Shown in pieces: positions 1-18,622 of a stretch of 64,000 nt of DNA. A model generated the notes under the pieces. The model was not told the DNA's origin and did not search any database. It worked only from the letters and a program-made list of their open reading frames with translations. The stretch lies in assembly GCF_009914755.1 (NCBI RefSeq), contig NC_060947.1. One strand, 5' to 3'. This DNA is from the human T2T-CHM13v2.0 reference genome, Homo sapiens. The stretch's first letter is position 1. Each line of letters starts with the position of its first letter. Position numbers and translations under genes: made by a program.

Positions 1-1718
1 CAAAATGTCTCAGCATTTGCCCGTCTGTAAAGGATTTTATTTCTCCTTCAAGTATGTGTCTTGGAGTTGCTCTCCTTGAGGAGTATCTCTGTGGCATTCT
101 CTGTAATTTCTGAATTTGAATATTGGCCTGCCTTTCTAGGTTGGGGAAGTTCTCCTGGATAATATCCTGAAGAGTGTTTTCCAGCTTGGTTCCATTCTCC
201 CCATCACTTTCAGGTACACCAATCAGATGTAGATTTGCTCTTTTCACATAGTCCCATATTTTTTGGAGGCTTTGTTTGTTTGTTTTTACTCTTTTTTTCT
301 CTTATCTTATCTTCTCACTTGATTTCATTCATTTTATCTTCAATCACTGATACCCTTTCTTCCACTTGATCGAATCTGCTACTGAAGCTTGTGCATGCAT
401 CACGTAGTTCTTGTGCCATGGTTTTCAGATCCATCAGGTCATATAAGTTCTCCTCTATGCTGTTTATTCTAGTTAGCCATTCGTCTAATATTTTTCAAGT
501 TTTTTAACTTCCTTGTGATGGGTTTGAACATCCTCCTTTAGCTCAGAGAAGTTTGTTATTACCGATTGTCTGAAACCTTCTTCTCTCAACTCGTCAAAGT
601 CATTCTCCATCTAGCTTTGTTCCATTGCTGGTGAGGAGCTGTGTTCCTTTGGAGGAGAAGAGGTGCTCTGATTTTTAAAATTTTCAGCTTTTCTGCTCTG
701 GTTTCTCCCCATCTTTGTGGTTTTATGTACCTTTGTTCTTTGATGATGGTGACATACAGATGGGGTTTTGGTGTGGATGTCCTTTTTGTTTGTTAGTTTT
801 TCTTCTAACAGTCAGGACCCTCAGCTGCAGGTCTGTTGGAGTTTGCTGGAGGTCCACTCCAGACCCTGTTTGCCTGGGTATCACCAGCAGAGGCTACAGA
901 ACAGCAAATATTGCAGAATGGCAAATGTTGCTGCCTGATCCTTCCTCTGGAAGCTTTGTCTCAGAGGTGCACCCGGCTGTATGAGGTATCAGTCAGCCCT
1001 CTACTGGGAGGTGTCTCCCAATTAGGCTACTCAGGTGTCAGGGACCCACTTGAGGAGACAGTCTGTCCGTTCTCAGATCTTAAACTCTGTGCTTGGAGAA
1101 CCACTACTCTCTTCAAATCTGTCAGACAGGGATGTTTAAGTGTGCAGAAGTTTCTGATGCCTTTTCTTCAACTATGCCCTACCCCCAGCGGTGGAGTCTG
1201 CAGAGGCAGGCAGGCCTCCTTGAGCTGTGGTGGGCTCCACCCAGTTTGAGCTTCCTGGTCACTTTATTTACCTAATCAAGCCTCAGCAATTGCAGATGGC
1301 CCTCCCTCAGCCTTGCTACCACCTTGCTGTTTGATCTCAGACTGCTGTGCTAGCAGTGAGCAAGGCTCTGTGGGTGTGGGACCCTCTAAGCCAGGCATGG
1401 GATATAATCTCCTGGTGTGGTGTTTGCTAAGACCACTGGAAAAGTGCAGTATTAGGATGGGAGTGACCCCATTTTCCAGGTACCTTCTGTCACAGCTTCC
1501 CTTGGCTAGGAAAGGGAATTCCCTGACCCCCTGCACTTCCTGGGTGAGGCCTGCTTCGTCTCACACTCCGTGGGCTGCACCCACTGTCTGGTAGGCCCCA
1601 GTGAGATGAACATTGTACCTCAGTTGGAAATGCAGAAATCACCCGTCTTCTGCATCGCTCATGCTGGGAGCTGTAGACTGGAGCTGTTCCTATTTGGCCA
1701 TCTTGGAACCTCCCCACC
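1..1718 (-). mobile_element. LINE-1 (L1PA5-7-like) 5'UTR and ORF1, running off the left edge
   Basis: Reverse complement of the L1 5' end (GGTTCCAAGATGGCCAAATAGGAACAGCTCC) at ~1680-1710, followed leftward by 5'UTR and degenerate ORF1. It abuts ORF2 of an older L1, so it is probably nested in it. Confidence 0.9.
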
Positions 1719-6688
<4,970 letters not shown>

Positions 6689-6709
6689 CAATCTGATTTT
6701 TTAAATGCT

Positions 6710-6858
6710 TATGATCACAGGGTCCCACAGTATGCTGTCTGCAAGCTGTGGGGCAAGGAAAACCAGTCTGAGTCCCAAAACTGAAGAACTTGGAGTCTAA
6801 TGTTCAAAGACAGGAAGCACCCAGCACCAGAGAAAGATGTAGGTTGGGAGGCTAGGTC
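6710..6858 (-). mobile_element. MLT2A-like (ERVL) LTR fragment
   Basis: GTCTGAGTCCCAAAACTGAAGAACTTGGAGTCTAATGTTC...GAGAAAGATGTAGGTTGGGAGGCTAG resembles my recollection of the MLT2A consensus. Confidence 0.7.
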
Positions 6859-6869
6859 GTCTCTTTCTT

Positions 6870-7445
6870 TGAGACTCCTTAATTGACCCATGTGCAATTT
6901 AGGTGTGTGGTGTTTAATTTATTTTTTAATATTTGTTAAGGTACGTTTTATATCCTATGTGGTTTATGTTGGTGAATGTTTTATGTAAGCTTGAGAATAA
7001 TTTGCATTGTTTCTGTGGTTAGGGATGAAACACTCTATAAATGTCAATGAGATCATTGACATTGGTGATAAGTTAGATCATTGATGGTGCTGTTCAGGTC
7101 AACTGTACTCTTACTGATTTTCTGTCTATGTGATCTACCTGTGAGTAACAGAGGGTCATTGAAATCTCCAACTGTAATAGAAATATATAATTCCATTAGT
7201 TTCAGCTTCAAGTAGTTTGACACTCTCTTGTTAGCTGCATACACTTTAACGATTGTTATGTCTTATTGGAGAATTGGCCCCTTTGTCATTCTGTTTTTCT
7301 TTATCCCTGATAATTCCTGAAATTTGCTTACTATAAAAATAATATTGCTATTCCAGTTTTCTTTTGATTAGTATTATATGGTGTGTCTCTTTATATCTTT
7401 GCTTTTAAGTTGTCTGAATCTTTAAATTAAATTTCTTGGAGACTA
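6870..7445 (-). mobile_element. Old L1M ORF2 (endonuclease) fragment
   Basis: ORF 7053-7244 contains ITVGDFNDPL, the L1 EN motif GDFNxPL. Confidence 0.65.
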
Positions 7446-7449
7446 CATA

Positions 7450-8044
7450 TATAAACATGAGGCATTTAATGATGGGGATACATTTTTGATAAATGCATTG
7501 TCAGGTGATTTCATCCATGTGTGAACATCATAGAGCATACCTATATAATCCTAGATAATATAGCCCACTACACACCTAGACTATATGTATGGCATAGCCT
7601 ATTGCCTCTCAGCTACAGACATGTGCGTTGTCTCTGTACTGAATACTGTAGACAATTGTAACACAATACGTTTTTGTGTATCTAAACATAGAAAAACTTC
7701 AGCAAATTATGGTATAAAAGATGAAAAAGATACATCTATATAGGCATGTATCATGAATGGAACTTGTAGTACTGGAAGTTGCTCTGAGTAAGTCAGTAAG
7801 TGAGTGAATGGTTAGAGAAAGTGAATGCCTAGGATACTACTGTCCACTACTATAGACTTTGTAAACATTTTTAACTTAGGTTATATTAAATTTATATAAA
7901 AATAAAGTAATTGCACTACAACATTAGACTGGCTATGATGTCACTGGGCAATAGGAATATTTCAGCTCCATTATAATCTTATAAGATCACCATCATATAT
8001 TAGGCACATCATTAACCAAAAAGTTATTATATAGCACATGACTG
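7450..8044 (-). mobile_element. Tigger3/GOLEM-family DNA transposon derivative
   Basis: Characteristic TAGCCCACTACACACCTAG, GGAAGTTGCTCTGAGTAAGTCAGT and CAGCTCCATTATAATCTTAT segments; terminus CATGACTG followed by TA at 8037-8046. Confidence 0.75.
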
Positions 8045-8204
8045 TAGTTGCTTTTTTAGGGGGACACTTTGGCAATCTCCATTTTTAATTGGTATATTTT
8101 GGTCACTCACATTTAAAGTTTTATTGATATATTTTGATAAATATCTACTATATTTGTACCTTTTTTGGTGCATTTACATTGTTCTTTTTCTGCCTTCTCT
8201 AGAT

Positions 8205-9918
8205 TTATTTAACTTTAATTTTAAGTTTGAGGTACAGGTGCAGGTTTGTTATATAGGCAAACTTGTATCATGGGAACTTGTTCTACAAGTTATTTTGACA
8301 CACAGATACTATGCCTAGTACCCAACTGTTATTTTTTCTCACTTGCTTTATCCTTCACCCTCCACCCTCAGGAAGGCCCAGATGTTTTTTGTTCCCCTCT
8401 TTGTGTCCGTGTGTTCTCATCATGTAGCTCCCACTTATAAATGAGAACATGTAGTATTTGGTTTTCTGTTCCTTAGCATTGGTTTGCTAAGGGTAATGGC
8501 CTTCAGCTCCATTCATGTTCCTATAAAATACATAATCTCATTCATTTTTATGGCTGCATAGTGTTTTATGTTCTGTATTTACCACATTCTCTTTATCTAA
8601 TCTATCATTTATGGGCATTTAGGTTGATTCCATGTCTTTGCTATTGTGAATAGTGCTGCAATGAACATTCGCATGCATATGTCTTTATGGTAGAACTATT
8701 TATATTTCTTTGAGTATATAACAGTAACGGGATTGCTGAGTCGAATGGTAGTTCTGTTCTTAGCTGTTTGAGGAATCACCACACTGTTTTCCACAACAAT
8801 TGAGCTATTTTACACTCTGACCAACAGTGTTTAAGTGTTCTGTCTTCTCTGAAACATAACCAGCATCTGTTAATTTTTTTTTTGACTCACTAACAGTAGC
8901 CATTCTGACCAGTGTGAGATGGTATCTTATTGTGGCTTTAATTTGCAATTTCTCTAATCAGTGATACTGAGCTTTTTTCATATGTTCTTTGGCCAAATTC
9001 ATGTCCTTTTTTGAAAAGTGTCTTTTTATTTCTCTTGCTCCCTTTTTAACGTGGTTTTTTGGTTGTTTTGGTAACTAAGTTTCTTATAGATGTTGAATAC
9101 TAGGCCTTTGTCAGATGCATAGTTGCAAAACTTTTCTCCCATTTCGTAGTTATTCTGTTTACTCTCTTGATTTAATTAGAACCTATTTGTAAATTTTTGC
9201 TTTTGGTTCAATTGTTTTCAGCATCTTGGTTATAAAATTTATGCCAGTTCATATGTTCACATTTTTGCCAGTTCATATGCCTAGGTTGTCTTTCAGGATT
9301 TTCATAGTTCTGGGTTTTGCATTTAAGTCTTTAATCTACCTTAAGTGGATTTTTGTTTATGGTTTAGGTAAGGGGTCCAATTTGAATCTTCTGCATATGG
9401 CTAGCCAGTTATTTCAGCATCATTTATTGAACAGGGAGTCCCTTCCTAATTACTTGTTTTTGTCAGATATGTCAAACATAGGATAATCACAGGTGTGTGG
9501 CCTTACTTCTGGGCTTTCTATTTTGTTCCATTGGTCTATGTGTCTGTTCTTGTACCAGTACCATGCTGATTTGATTATTGTAGCCTTGCAGTATAGTTTG
9601 AAATTGAGTAATGTGATGTCTCCAGGTTTGCTCTCTTTGCTTAGGATTGCCTTGGCTATTCAGGCTCTTTTTATTTTCATTTTCATTTAAATTTTTAAAT
9701 AGTTTTTTTCTAGTTCTAAAAAGAATGTTATTTGTAGTTTTATAGGAGTAGCATTGCATCTGTAAATTTCTTTAGGCAGTGTGGCCATTTTAATGATATT
9801 TATTCTTCCTATCTGTGAGCATAGAATATTTTTTCATTTGTTTATATTATCTTTGATTTCATTGAGCAGGGTTTTATATTTCTCATTATAGAGATCTTTC
9901 ACCTAGCTGGATAGCTGT
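8205..9918 (-). mobile_element. LINE-1 (L1PA13-16/L1PB-like) 3' part
   Basis: L1 3'UTR and ORF2 C-terminal sequence, interrupted at 9919 by a MaLR element. The same element probably resumes at 12054. Confidence 0.8.
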
Positions 9919-12053
9919 TGTATTAGTTCATTCTCACATTGCTATACAGAAATGCCTGAGACTGGGTAATTTATAAAGAAAAGAGTTTTAATTGGCTCAC
10001 AGTTCTGCAGGCTATACAAGAAGAATGATGCTGGCTATTTCCTCAGCTTCTGGGAAGGTCTCCTAAAACTTACAATTATGGTGGAAGGCAAAGTAGAAGC
10101 AGGATCATCTTACATAACTGGAGCAGGAGGAAGAAGGGGAAGGAGCTACATACTTTTTAACAAACACATCTCATGAGAACTCTATAATGGAAACAGCCCT
10201 GGGGGATGGTACTAAACCATTAGAAACCACCGTCATGATCTAGTCACCTTCCACCAGGCCACAACTCTAACATTGTGGTTTACAATTTGACATAAGATTT
10301 GGACAGGGACAGAGATTCAAACCATATTATTCTGCCCCTGGCCCCTCCCAAATCTTATGTCTTTCTCAATTTTAAAATACAGTCATGCCTTTTCAATAGT
10401 CACCCCACAGTCTTAACTCATTCCGGCATTAATTCAAAAGTTCACAGTCTAAAGTCACATCTGAGACAAGGCAAGTACCTTCTGCCTATGAGCCTCTAAA
10501 ATCAAAAACAAGATAGTTACTCCCAAAATGAAATGGGAGTACAGGCTTTGGGTAAATACTCCCATTCCATAAGGAAGAAATAGGCCAAAAGTAAGGGGGG
10601 GTTTAAAGTATAACATTTACAGCCACAGAACCCAGCAGGGCAGTCGTTAAATCTTAAAGCTTCACAATAATCTCCTTTGACTCCATGTGCCACATTCAGG
10701 GCAGACTGGTTGAAGAGGTGGGCTCCCAAGGCTTTGAGCAGCTCCACCCATGAGGCTTTGCAGGGTACAGCTTCTATGGCTGCTTTAATGAACTGGTATT
10801 GAGTTCCTGCAGCTTTTCCAGGTGCATGACACAAGCTTTCGGTGGGTCTACCATTCTGGGCTCTGGAGGATAGTGTCCCTATTCTCATAGCTCCACTAGG
10901 GAGTGCCTCAGTTAAAATCTGTGTGGGGGCACAAACCCCACATTTCTACCCCACACTGCCTTAGTAGAGATTTTCCATGAGGGCTCTATCCCTGCAGCAA
11001 GCTTCTGCCTGGACATTCAGGCATTTTCATACATCCTCTCAAATCTAGGTGGAGGCTCCCAAGCCTCAACTCTTACACTCTGTGCACCTGCAGGCTTAAG
11101 ACCATGTGGAAACCACCAAGGCTTATTGCTTGCACCCTCAGAAGCAGTGTCTTGAGCTGCGTCTTGGGCCCTTTTAGCCATAGCTGGAGCTGGAATGGCT
11201 GGGACACAGGGAGCAGTGCCCCAAGGCTGTTCAGGATGGTAGGGCCCTGAGCCTGGCCATGAAAGAATTCTTCCTTCCTATGCCTTTTGGCCTGTAATAG
11301 GAGGGGTTTCCATGAACATCTCTGAAATTCCTTCAAGGCCCATTCTCCATTTTCTTGGCTATTAGCATTTGCCATCTTTTTAGTTATGCAAGTTTTTGTA
11401 GCCAGCCTCAATTCTTCCCTTGAAAATGGGCTTTTGTTCATTTCATTTCTTTGTTCACATATATGAGCATAGGTTATTAGAAGCAGCCAGGCCACAACTT
11501 GAAAGCTTTGCTGCTTAGACATTTTTTTCACTAGATACCTTAAATTATCACTCTCAAGTTCAAATTTCCACAGATTCCTAAGGCATGAGCACAATGTCTC
11601 CAACCTTTTTGGTAATGCATAACAAAAGTTACCTTTCTTCCAGTTCCCAATAAGTTTTTTGTCTCCATCTGAGACCCCTCTTACCTGGCTTTTACTGTCC
11701 ATATCACTATCAGCATTTTGGTCACAGCCATTCAACAAGTCTCTAGAAAGTTCCAAATTTTCCCTCATCTTCCTGTCCTCTTCTGAGCATTCCACTCTTT
11801 TTAACTCTGCCTGTTATCCAATTCCAAAGCTGCTTCAACATTTCCAGGTATCTTTATAGGAATGCCCCACCCCTCATTACCAATTTTCTGTATTAGTCCA
11901 TTCTCATATTGCTATAATGAAATGCCTGAGACTGGGCAATTTTTAAAGAATATAGATTTAATGGGCTCATGGTTCTGCAGGCTGTATGGGAAGCATTATG
12001 CTGACTATCTGCTCAGCTTCTGGAGAGGCCACAGGAAACTCACAATCATGGTG
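9919..12053 (-). mobile_element. MaLR (MST-type) LTR retrotransposon: LTR 9919-10330, internal region, truncated second LTR 11888-12053
   Basis: Both LTRs start TGTATTAGT(T/C)CATTCTCA(C/T)ATTGCTATA...AAATGCCTGAGACTGGG on the + strand. Internal ORF 11073-11795 (MECSEEDRKMRENLEL...) is typical of MaLR internal regions. Confidence 0.85.
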
Positions 12054-12990
12054 GGTCTGTCATAAATAGCTCTTATTATTTTGAGGTATGTTCCTTCAAT
12101 ACCTTAGCTATTGAGCGTTTTTAACATGAAGGGCTGTTGAATTTTATCCAAAGTTTTTCCTGCATCTATTGAGATAATCATGTGTTTTTTGTCTTTATTC
12201 TGTTTATATGATGAATCACATGTATTGATTTTTGTATGTGAAACCAATGTTGCATCCCAGGATTAAATCCCAAGTTGGTCGTAGTGGATTAGCTTTTTGA
12301 TGTGTTGCTGGATTTTGTTTGCAAGAATTTTGTTGAAGATTTTTACATAAATGTTCATCAAGAATATTGGCCTGAGGTTTTTGTGTATGTGTCTCTCTGC
12401 CAGGTTTTGGTATGAGGATGATGGTGGCTTTATAGAATGAGTTGGGGAGTAGTCCCTCCTCCTCATTTTTTGAGGGAATATATTCAGTAGAAAATGTACC
12501 AGCTCTTTTTTGTTATCTTGTAGAATTTGGCTGTGAATCCATCTGGTCCTGGGCTTTTTTGTGGTTTGTAGGCTATTTATTACTGATTCGATTTCAGGTC
12601 CCACTATTGGTCTGATCAGGGATTCAATTTCTCATTGGCTTATGCTTGGAGCATGGCTGTAGCCAGGAATTTATCCGTATCTTCTAGGTTTTCTAATTTG
12701 TGTGCACAGAGGTGTTCTTAGTAGTCTCTGATGATTAATTGTATTTCTACAGGATCAATGGTCACATCCCCTTTGTCATTTCTGGTTGTGTTTATTTGGA
12801 AATTCTCTCTTTTCTGTTTTATTAGTCTAGCTAGAAGCCTGTCTATTGCATTATTTTTTTTCAAGAAATCAACTCCTGCATTCACTGATTTTTTTAAAAT
12901 TTGGAGAGTCTTGATTTTCTTTCATTTAGCTCTGATTTTGATTATTTCTTATCCTCAGATAGCTTTAGGATTGGTTTGCACCTTTAGTTT

Positions 12991-13019
12991 TTGTTGTTGT
13001 TGTTGTTGTTGTTGTTGTT
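12991..13019. repeat. (TTG)n microsatellite inside L1
   Basis: About 9.5 TTG units read directly. Confidence 0.95.
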
Positions 13020-15129
13020 CTGATGTTTGGTCATTAATTTGAGATCTTTCTAACTTTTTGAAATGAGCATTTAGCACTTTTTTTTTTCTCTTACACTGCA
13101 TTACTTGTGTCCCAGAGATTCTGGTGTGTTCTATGTTCTCATTAGTTTTAAAGAGCTCCTTGGTTTATGCCTTAATTTCATTATTTACCCCCAAATCATT
13201 CAGGAGCAGGTTAATTTTGATATAATTGTATAGTTCTGAGCGATTTTTTGTTTTCTTTTCTATTTTTATTGCACTGTGATCAGAGAGAGTGGTTGGTATG
13301 ATTTTAGTTCTTCTACTTTTGCTGAGGGGTGTTTTATGTCCAATAGTGTGGTTGATTTTAGAGTATATGCCATGTGGCAATGAGAAGAATGTATATTTTC
13401 TTGTTTTGGGGGTGGAGAGTTCTACAGAGGTTTATCAAATCCATGTGGTCCAATGTTGAGCTGAGGTCCTAAATACCTTTGTTAATTTTCTGCCTTGATG
13501 ATCTAATACTGTCAGTGGAATTTTGAAGTCTCCGCCAATTATTATGTGGGAATCTAAGTCTCTTCATAGGTCTCTGAGAACTTGCCTTATCAATCTGGGT
13601 ACTCCTGTGTTTGCTGCATATATACTTAGGATTGTTAGGTTTTCATGTTAAATTGAACGTTTTATCATTATATAATGCCCCTTTTTGTCTTTTTTGATCT
13701 TTGTTGGTTTAAAGTCTGTTTTGTCTGAAATTTGGATTACAACCCCTGATTTTTTCTGTTACCCATTTGCTTGGTAGATTTTCCTCCATCCCTGTATTTT
13801 GAGCCTATAAGTGTCACTGCATGTGCGATGGGTGTTTTGAAGAGCATAACATTAAGTCTTGCTTTTATTACACAGATTTCCACTCTGTGCCTCTTAAATG
13901 GGGCACTTAGCCCATTTACATTCAAAGTTAGTATTTATATGTGTGGATTTGATACTGTCATTGTGTTTTTAGCTGGCTATTGTGCTGACTTATTTGTGTG
14001 CTTGCTGTAGAGTGTCACTGGTTGGTGTACTTAAGTATGTTTTAGTATTGGCTGGTAATGGTCTCCTTTTCATATTTAGTGCTCCTTTCATGATCTCTCA
14101 TCTGGCAGGGCTGATGATAACAAACTCTCTGAGTGTTTGCTTATCTGAAAAGGATATCATTTCTGCTTTGCTGAGGAAGCTTAGTTTGACTGGTTATAAA
14201 ATTCTTGGTTGAAACATTTTTCTTTAAGAATGTAATATAGGCTCCCAATCTCTTCTGGCTTGTAGAATTTCTGCTGAGAGGTCCACTGTTAGCTCAATGA
14301 GGTTCCCTTTGTAGGTGACTTGGCCTTTACTTCTAGCTGCCTTTAACATTACTTCTTTCATTTCAACCTTGGAAAATTTGATGACTCTGTGTCTTGGAGA
14401 TTATCTTTTTGCATAAAATCTTGCAGGGGTTCTCTGTATTTCCTGAATTTTACTATTGGTCTCTCTAGCGAAGTTGGGGAAATTCTCATGGATGATATCT
14501 TGAAATATGTTTTCTAAGTTGTTTCCTTTCTACTCACCCCTTTCTATGATGTCAATAATTTTAATATTTGGCATCTTTATATAATCATATATTTTTCAGA
14601 GGTTCATTCATTGCTTTTCATTCCTTTTCTTTATTTTTGTCTGACAGTCCTATTTCCAAAAGCCAGTCTTCAGGTTCTGAGATTCTTTCCTCAGCTTGGT
14701 ATATTCTGCTGTTAATAATTGTGATTACATTGTGCAATTTTTGTAGTGTGTTTTTGAGCTCTATCAGATCAGTTTCTTTTTTATACTGGCTATTTAATCT
14801 GTCAGCTCCTGTATCTTCTTATTTTGATTCTTAGTTTCCTTGGACTAGGTTTTGCCATTCTCATGAATTTCAATGATCTTCATTTTTATCCATATTTTGA
14901 ATTTTATTTCTGTCATTTCAGCCAACTTAGGCTGATTAAGAACCTTTGTTGGTGAACTAGTGTAGTTGTTTGGAGGACATAAGACACTCTGACCATTTGA
15001 GTTGCCAGAGTTCTTTCATTAGTTCTTTCTCCTCTCTGCATGTGGTTGTTCCTTTTACTTCTGGGCTGCCTCTGATCGAACTGATCAGGTGGGGGCAGGG
15101 TGGTTATGCTGGAGTCCCAGATTGAGCAT

Positions 15130-16700
15130 TCCTTCCCAGTAAGGAGAAGTGTGGATCAGGACCTGCATAAAGAAGAGTCTGGCCTTTTTTCCATGAAGTG
15201 GATGCTCTGTACTGGGGGTCTTCACCAGCCTCTGGTCCCTGAAGAATTTTCAGAGCCTGGAGACAGCAAGGTTGAGGGTTGTGAGATCACAAAGATGGCA
15301 ACCAGTCCCTCTCACTGGGAGTTCTGTCTTGGGAAGTTGCAGAATTGCTGCTGGCTCAATAGCTCTGGTGGCAGTTGGCTGGAGACCCAGGCCAGGAGGA
15401 CCAGTTGAATGAAGAGATACAGGATCAGGGACCCATGTAACAAAGTGTCTGTCCACTTCTCCATAGGAATGCTGCAGTATAATGGGGGTCCACTCCAGTC
15501 CCCGGTCACCTTGGATTTTCCAGTACCTGAAGGTGGCAACAGTGAAGGCTGCCAAACAGTAAAGATGGCAGCCTGTTCCTTCCTCTGGGAGCTCCATCCC
15601 AGTGAGGTACGGCCCTGTTGCCAGCCTGAACGCACCTGCAGGAAGTAGCTGGAGACCTTGTTCAGGAAATATCACCCAGTGAAGAGTAACAGGATCAGGG
15701 ACCCACTTAAAAAAGCAGTCTGGCCATTTTTTCATAAAGCAGCTGTTCTGTGGTAGGAATCCACTCAATCCCTTAGTCACCTCGGACTCTCCAAGGCCCA
15801 CAGGCAAGAACAGCTAAGGCTGCCAAACAGCAAAGTTGGTGGCCCAAACTTTTCTCTGGGAGCTTCTTCCCAGGAAGGTTTGGAACTGCTGTTGGCTGGA
15901 AAACACTGGTGAGAGCAGCTGGATACTGTGGTTGGGAGGTCCCCCCCAGTGAAGAGGAATAGGATCGGGGACCCACTTTAAAAAGCAATCTGGTCACATT
16001 TTCATACAGCAGATGTGCTGTGCTAGGGGTCTGCATTAGCTCCCAGTGACCAGTGACCTTGGACTTTTCAAAGCTCAGAGGCAAGAACAGCTAAGGCTGC
16101 CAAACAGCAAAGATGGTGGCCTTCCCCTCCCTCTGGGGGCTCTATCCCAGGGAAGTTTGAACTGCTGCTGGCTGGAAAACATCTCCAGGGTAGCTATAAT
16201 CCTGGTTGGGAGGTCCCACCCATTGAGGATGAATGGGATTTGAGACCTGCTTTTAAGAAGCAGTCTGGCCACATTTTCATAGGGTAGCTGTGCTGTGCTG
16301 GGGGTCTGCTCTAGCCCCCAGTTGTCTCAGATGCTCCAAAGCCCGAAGGCAAGAATGGCTAAGGTGGCCAAACAGAAGAGATGGCAGCCTATTCCTCCTT
16401 CTGGGAGCTCCATTCCAGGGAGGTTTAAAACCGCTGATGGCCACATAACACCAGCAGGGGTGACTGGAGACCCCAATCACGGATTTTTCCCAGTGGAGAG
16501 AAACAGGATTTGAGACCTACGTGAATAAGCAGTCTGACTGCTTCTCTATTTAGCCTCTTGGCTGTGCCAGAGGATCGCTCCAGTCCCTATTTGACTCAGA
16601 CTCCCTAGAGCCCTAGGGCACTCGCTAAGGCTGTGAAGCAGCAAAGATGGTTTCCCACTCCTCCCCCTGGGAGATGTGTCTCAGGGAGGTGTAAAACCGG
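15130..16700. repeat. ~270-bp tandem array in L1 5'UTR (about 6 units)
   Basis: AAGATGG...CTCTGGGAGCT-like marker recurs at about 15292, 15562, 15832, 16109, 16378 and 16643. Confidence 0.8.
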
Positions 16701-17409
16701 CGCAAATCTGTCTGGCTCAGAAAAATGCACATAGTGGACTGAAATATTCCGGGTGATGGCCCTACAGAGATACAGTGCCTGGTCCCACCTAACAGTGATG
16801 GTAGGTCCCGCATACCATTGCGTCTGGCTTATCATCAGCAATCATTTTGGCCCAGCCATGATAGTGCCCTTTGTGAACTCAGGGTGGTGGCTGGCTGGGG
16901 TTCCAAGCCAATGGGTTTTATCCTGTGAGGTGCCATGAAAACAGGACCTGCAGAAAATCTCTGCTCAGCCCCCTGGATTCAACCCCTTTTCTAAGGGTAT
17001 ATATGTATGGGGGTCTATGCCAGAGTTAAGTTGCTTTTGCTGGGAAGCATGGGTATCTAAGGTTCTTGGGGCTCTGCATGTGCCTGAGTGGCTGCTCTGC
17101 CAAGATTCCACATAGCTATGACTGAAGGCCCTGGCAGAGTGGGTTCATTAGGGAATCTCCTGAACTAGAAGTTGCAAAGAAGCGTGGGTTCCCAGGGTTT
17201 CTCAATCACTCACTGCTTCCCTAGGCAGGGGAGGTTCTCCTGGCTCTGTGTCACTCCCAGGTGGGGAATTGGCCTGCCTTACATTTCTCTGTTCTTCGTG
17301 AGTTGAGTTATTTCCTTGATTAGTTCCAATGCATGTACCTGGATATTTCAGTTAAAGGTGCTGTATTTACTCACTTTTTCCGTTCCTTTCCATGACAGCA
17401 GCACACCTT

Positions 17410-18622
17410 CATTTTTTAATTACTTTTTTTTCCTCAGACTGTATTTTCAAATAGGTGGTTTTAGCTCACTGATTTCTTTCTCTGCATGATCCGTTCTGCA
17501 GTTAAGAACCTCTAGTGAATTTTTCAGGTCAGCAAATGCATTCCATAGTTCAACAATTTATTTGATTTTTAAAAAATGATTTCAATTTCTTTGTCAAATT
17601 TTTCTCCTAAGTTTCTGAATTGCTTTTCTGTATTATCTTGAAGATTATCGAGTTTCCTTCAAACTGCTATTTTGAATTTTTGGTCGGAGAGCTCACATTA
17701 AGGTCAGTCACCAGATCCTTGCTTTGACTGTGGAGGTCACAGTTCCCTGTTTTCTTTTGTTTCCTGTGAATGTACGTTTATTTCTTTGCATTGATAGATT
17801 AGTTATTTATGCCAGTCGTCTCTGTCTGGCTTGTTTTGGTTTTTATTGCATTTGTTTGCTAGAGATTCGTTTTAGTTTTTCAATTTCTTTCTCTGTACAC
17901 CTGCCCCTCCCCCACCCCACCACTGGGTTACTACCTCCTTTTTGGCACTACATGATGCCTTAAGCCCAGGTTTGCCTAAGCTTTCATAACAGATCCCAGC
18001 ACTGCTCATCCCCAGTGGTGGAGGTTCTAAATGGGATAACCTGATAGTGTGGGAAGGCTGGCTGGGGGTTGTGCCGAGTGGGCCTGTGGAATGAACCACT
18101 TACAGCATAGTGCTGCTGAATAGCCACTCTGAATGGTGTCCTTTTTGTCTGAGTAACACAGCAGAGTTCTCAGGGCTGTGGGTGATAATGTCCCACTTCC
18201 ACCCTTTGTGCCTGGCTGTCCTCAGGGAGATTTCTTTTTATGGGCACTCATGATGCATCCTGTGGGTTAAGGCAGGGACGGTTCTCCTGCCAAGAACTCA
18301 AGATGGTGGAGGAGCTGGTTGTCTGCCTCAATCTCAGGTATTCCAGTGTAGAACACATAAGTCTGGGGAAATTTTTCTGCATCATTGGTGCAGGGCAGAT
18401 TGTGGTTGATGTGTTGCAGACATAGAAATCCAAATCTCTGTCTGCTTGGATTTTTTTTTTTTTTACTTCTCTGTGCCCCTGGAACTGCCTAACCTTCATA
18501 TTTGAGTTCTCAGATATTGCTGGTGACAATCTCAACACTGTACGTTTGATTTAGGTTTTCTCAGGGAGGGAGGGTGAGTGAAGCCAGCTTGCTTCTATCC
18601 TGCCATTTTGGAACTGGAAGTT
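17410..18622 (-). mobile_element. Old L1M 5' region fragment
   Basis: Antisense ORF1-like AT-rich sequence at 17420-17850; ends in GCCATTTTGGAACTGGAAG (L1 5'-end YY1-like motif). Confidence 0.55.

Larger units (their letters stand above)
12054..17400 (-). mobile_element. LINE-1 (L1PA13-16-like): ORF2 5' half, ORF1 and long 5'UTR
   Basis: ORF fragments 12263-12604, 13165-13380 and 13737-13925; antisense ORF1 sequence ~14050-15050; 5'UTR with a tandem array. Confidence 0.8.

Noticed and set aside
11073-11795. 240-aa ORF
   Set aside because: Degenerate MaLR internal ORF with frameshifted neighbours; no sign of domestication.
15100-16940. Cluster of overlapping ORFs (also 39674-42248 and 57633-58870)
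   Set aside because: GC-rich L1 5'UTR sequence open in several frames by chance.
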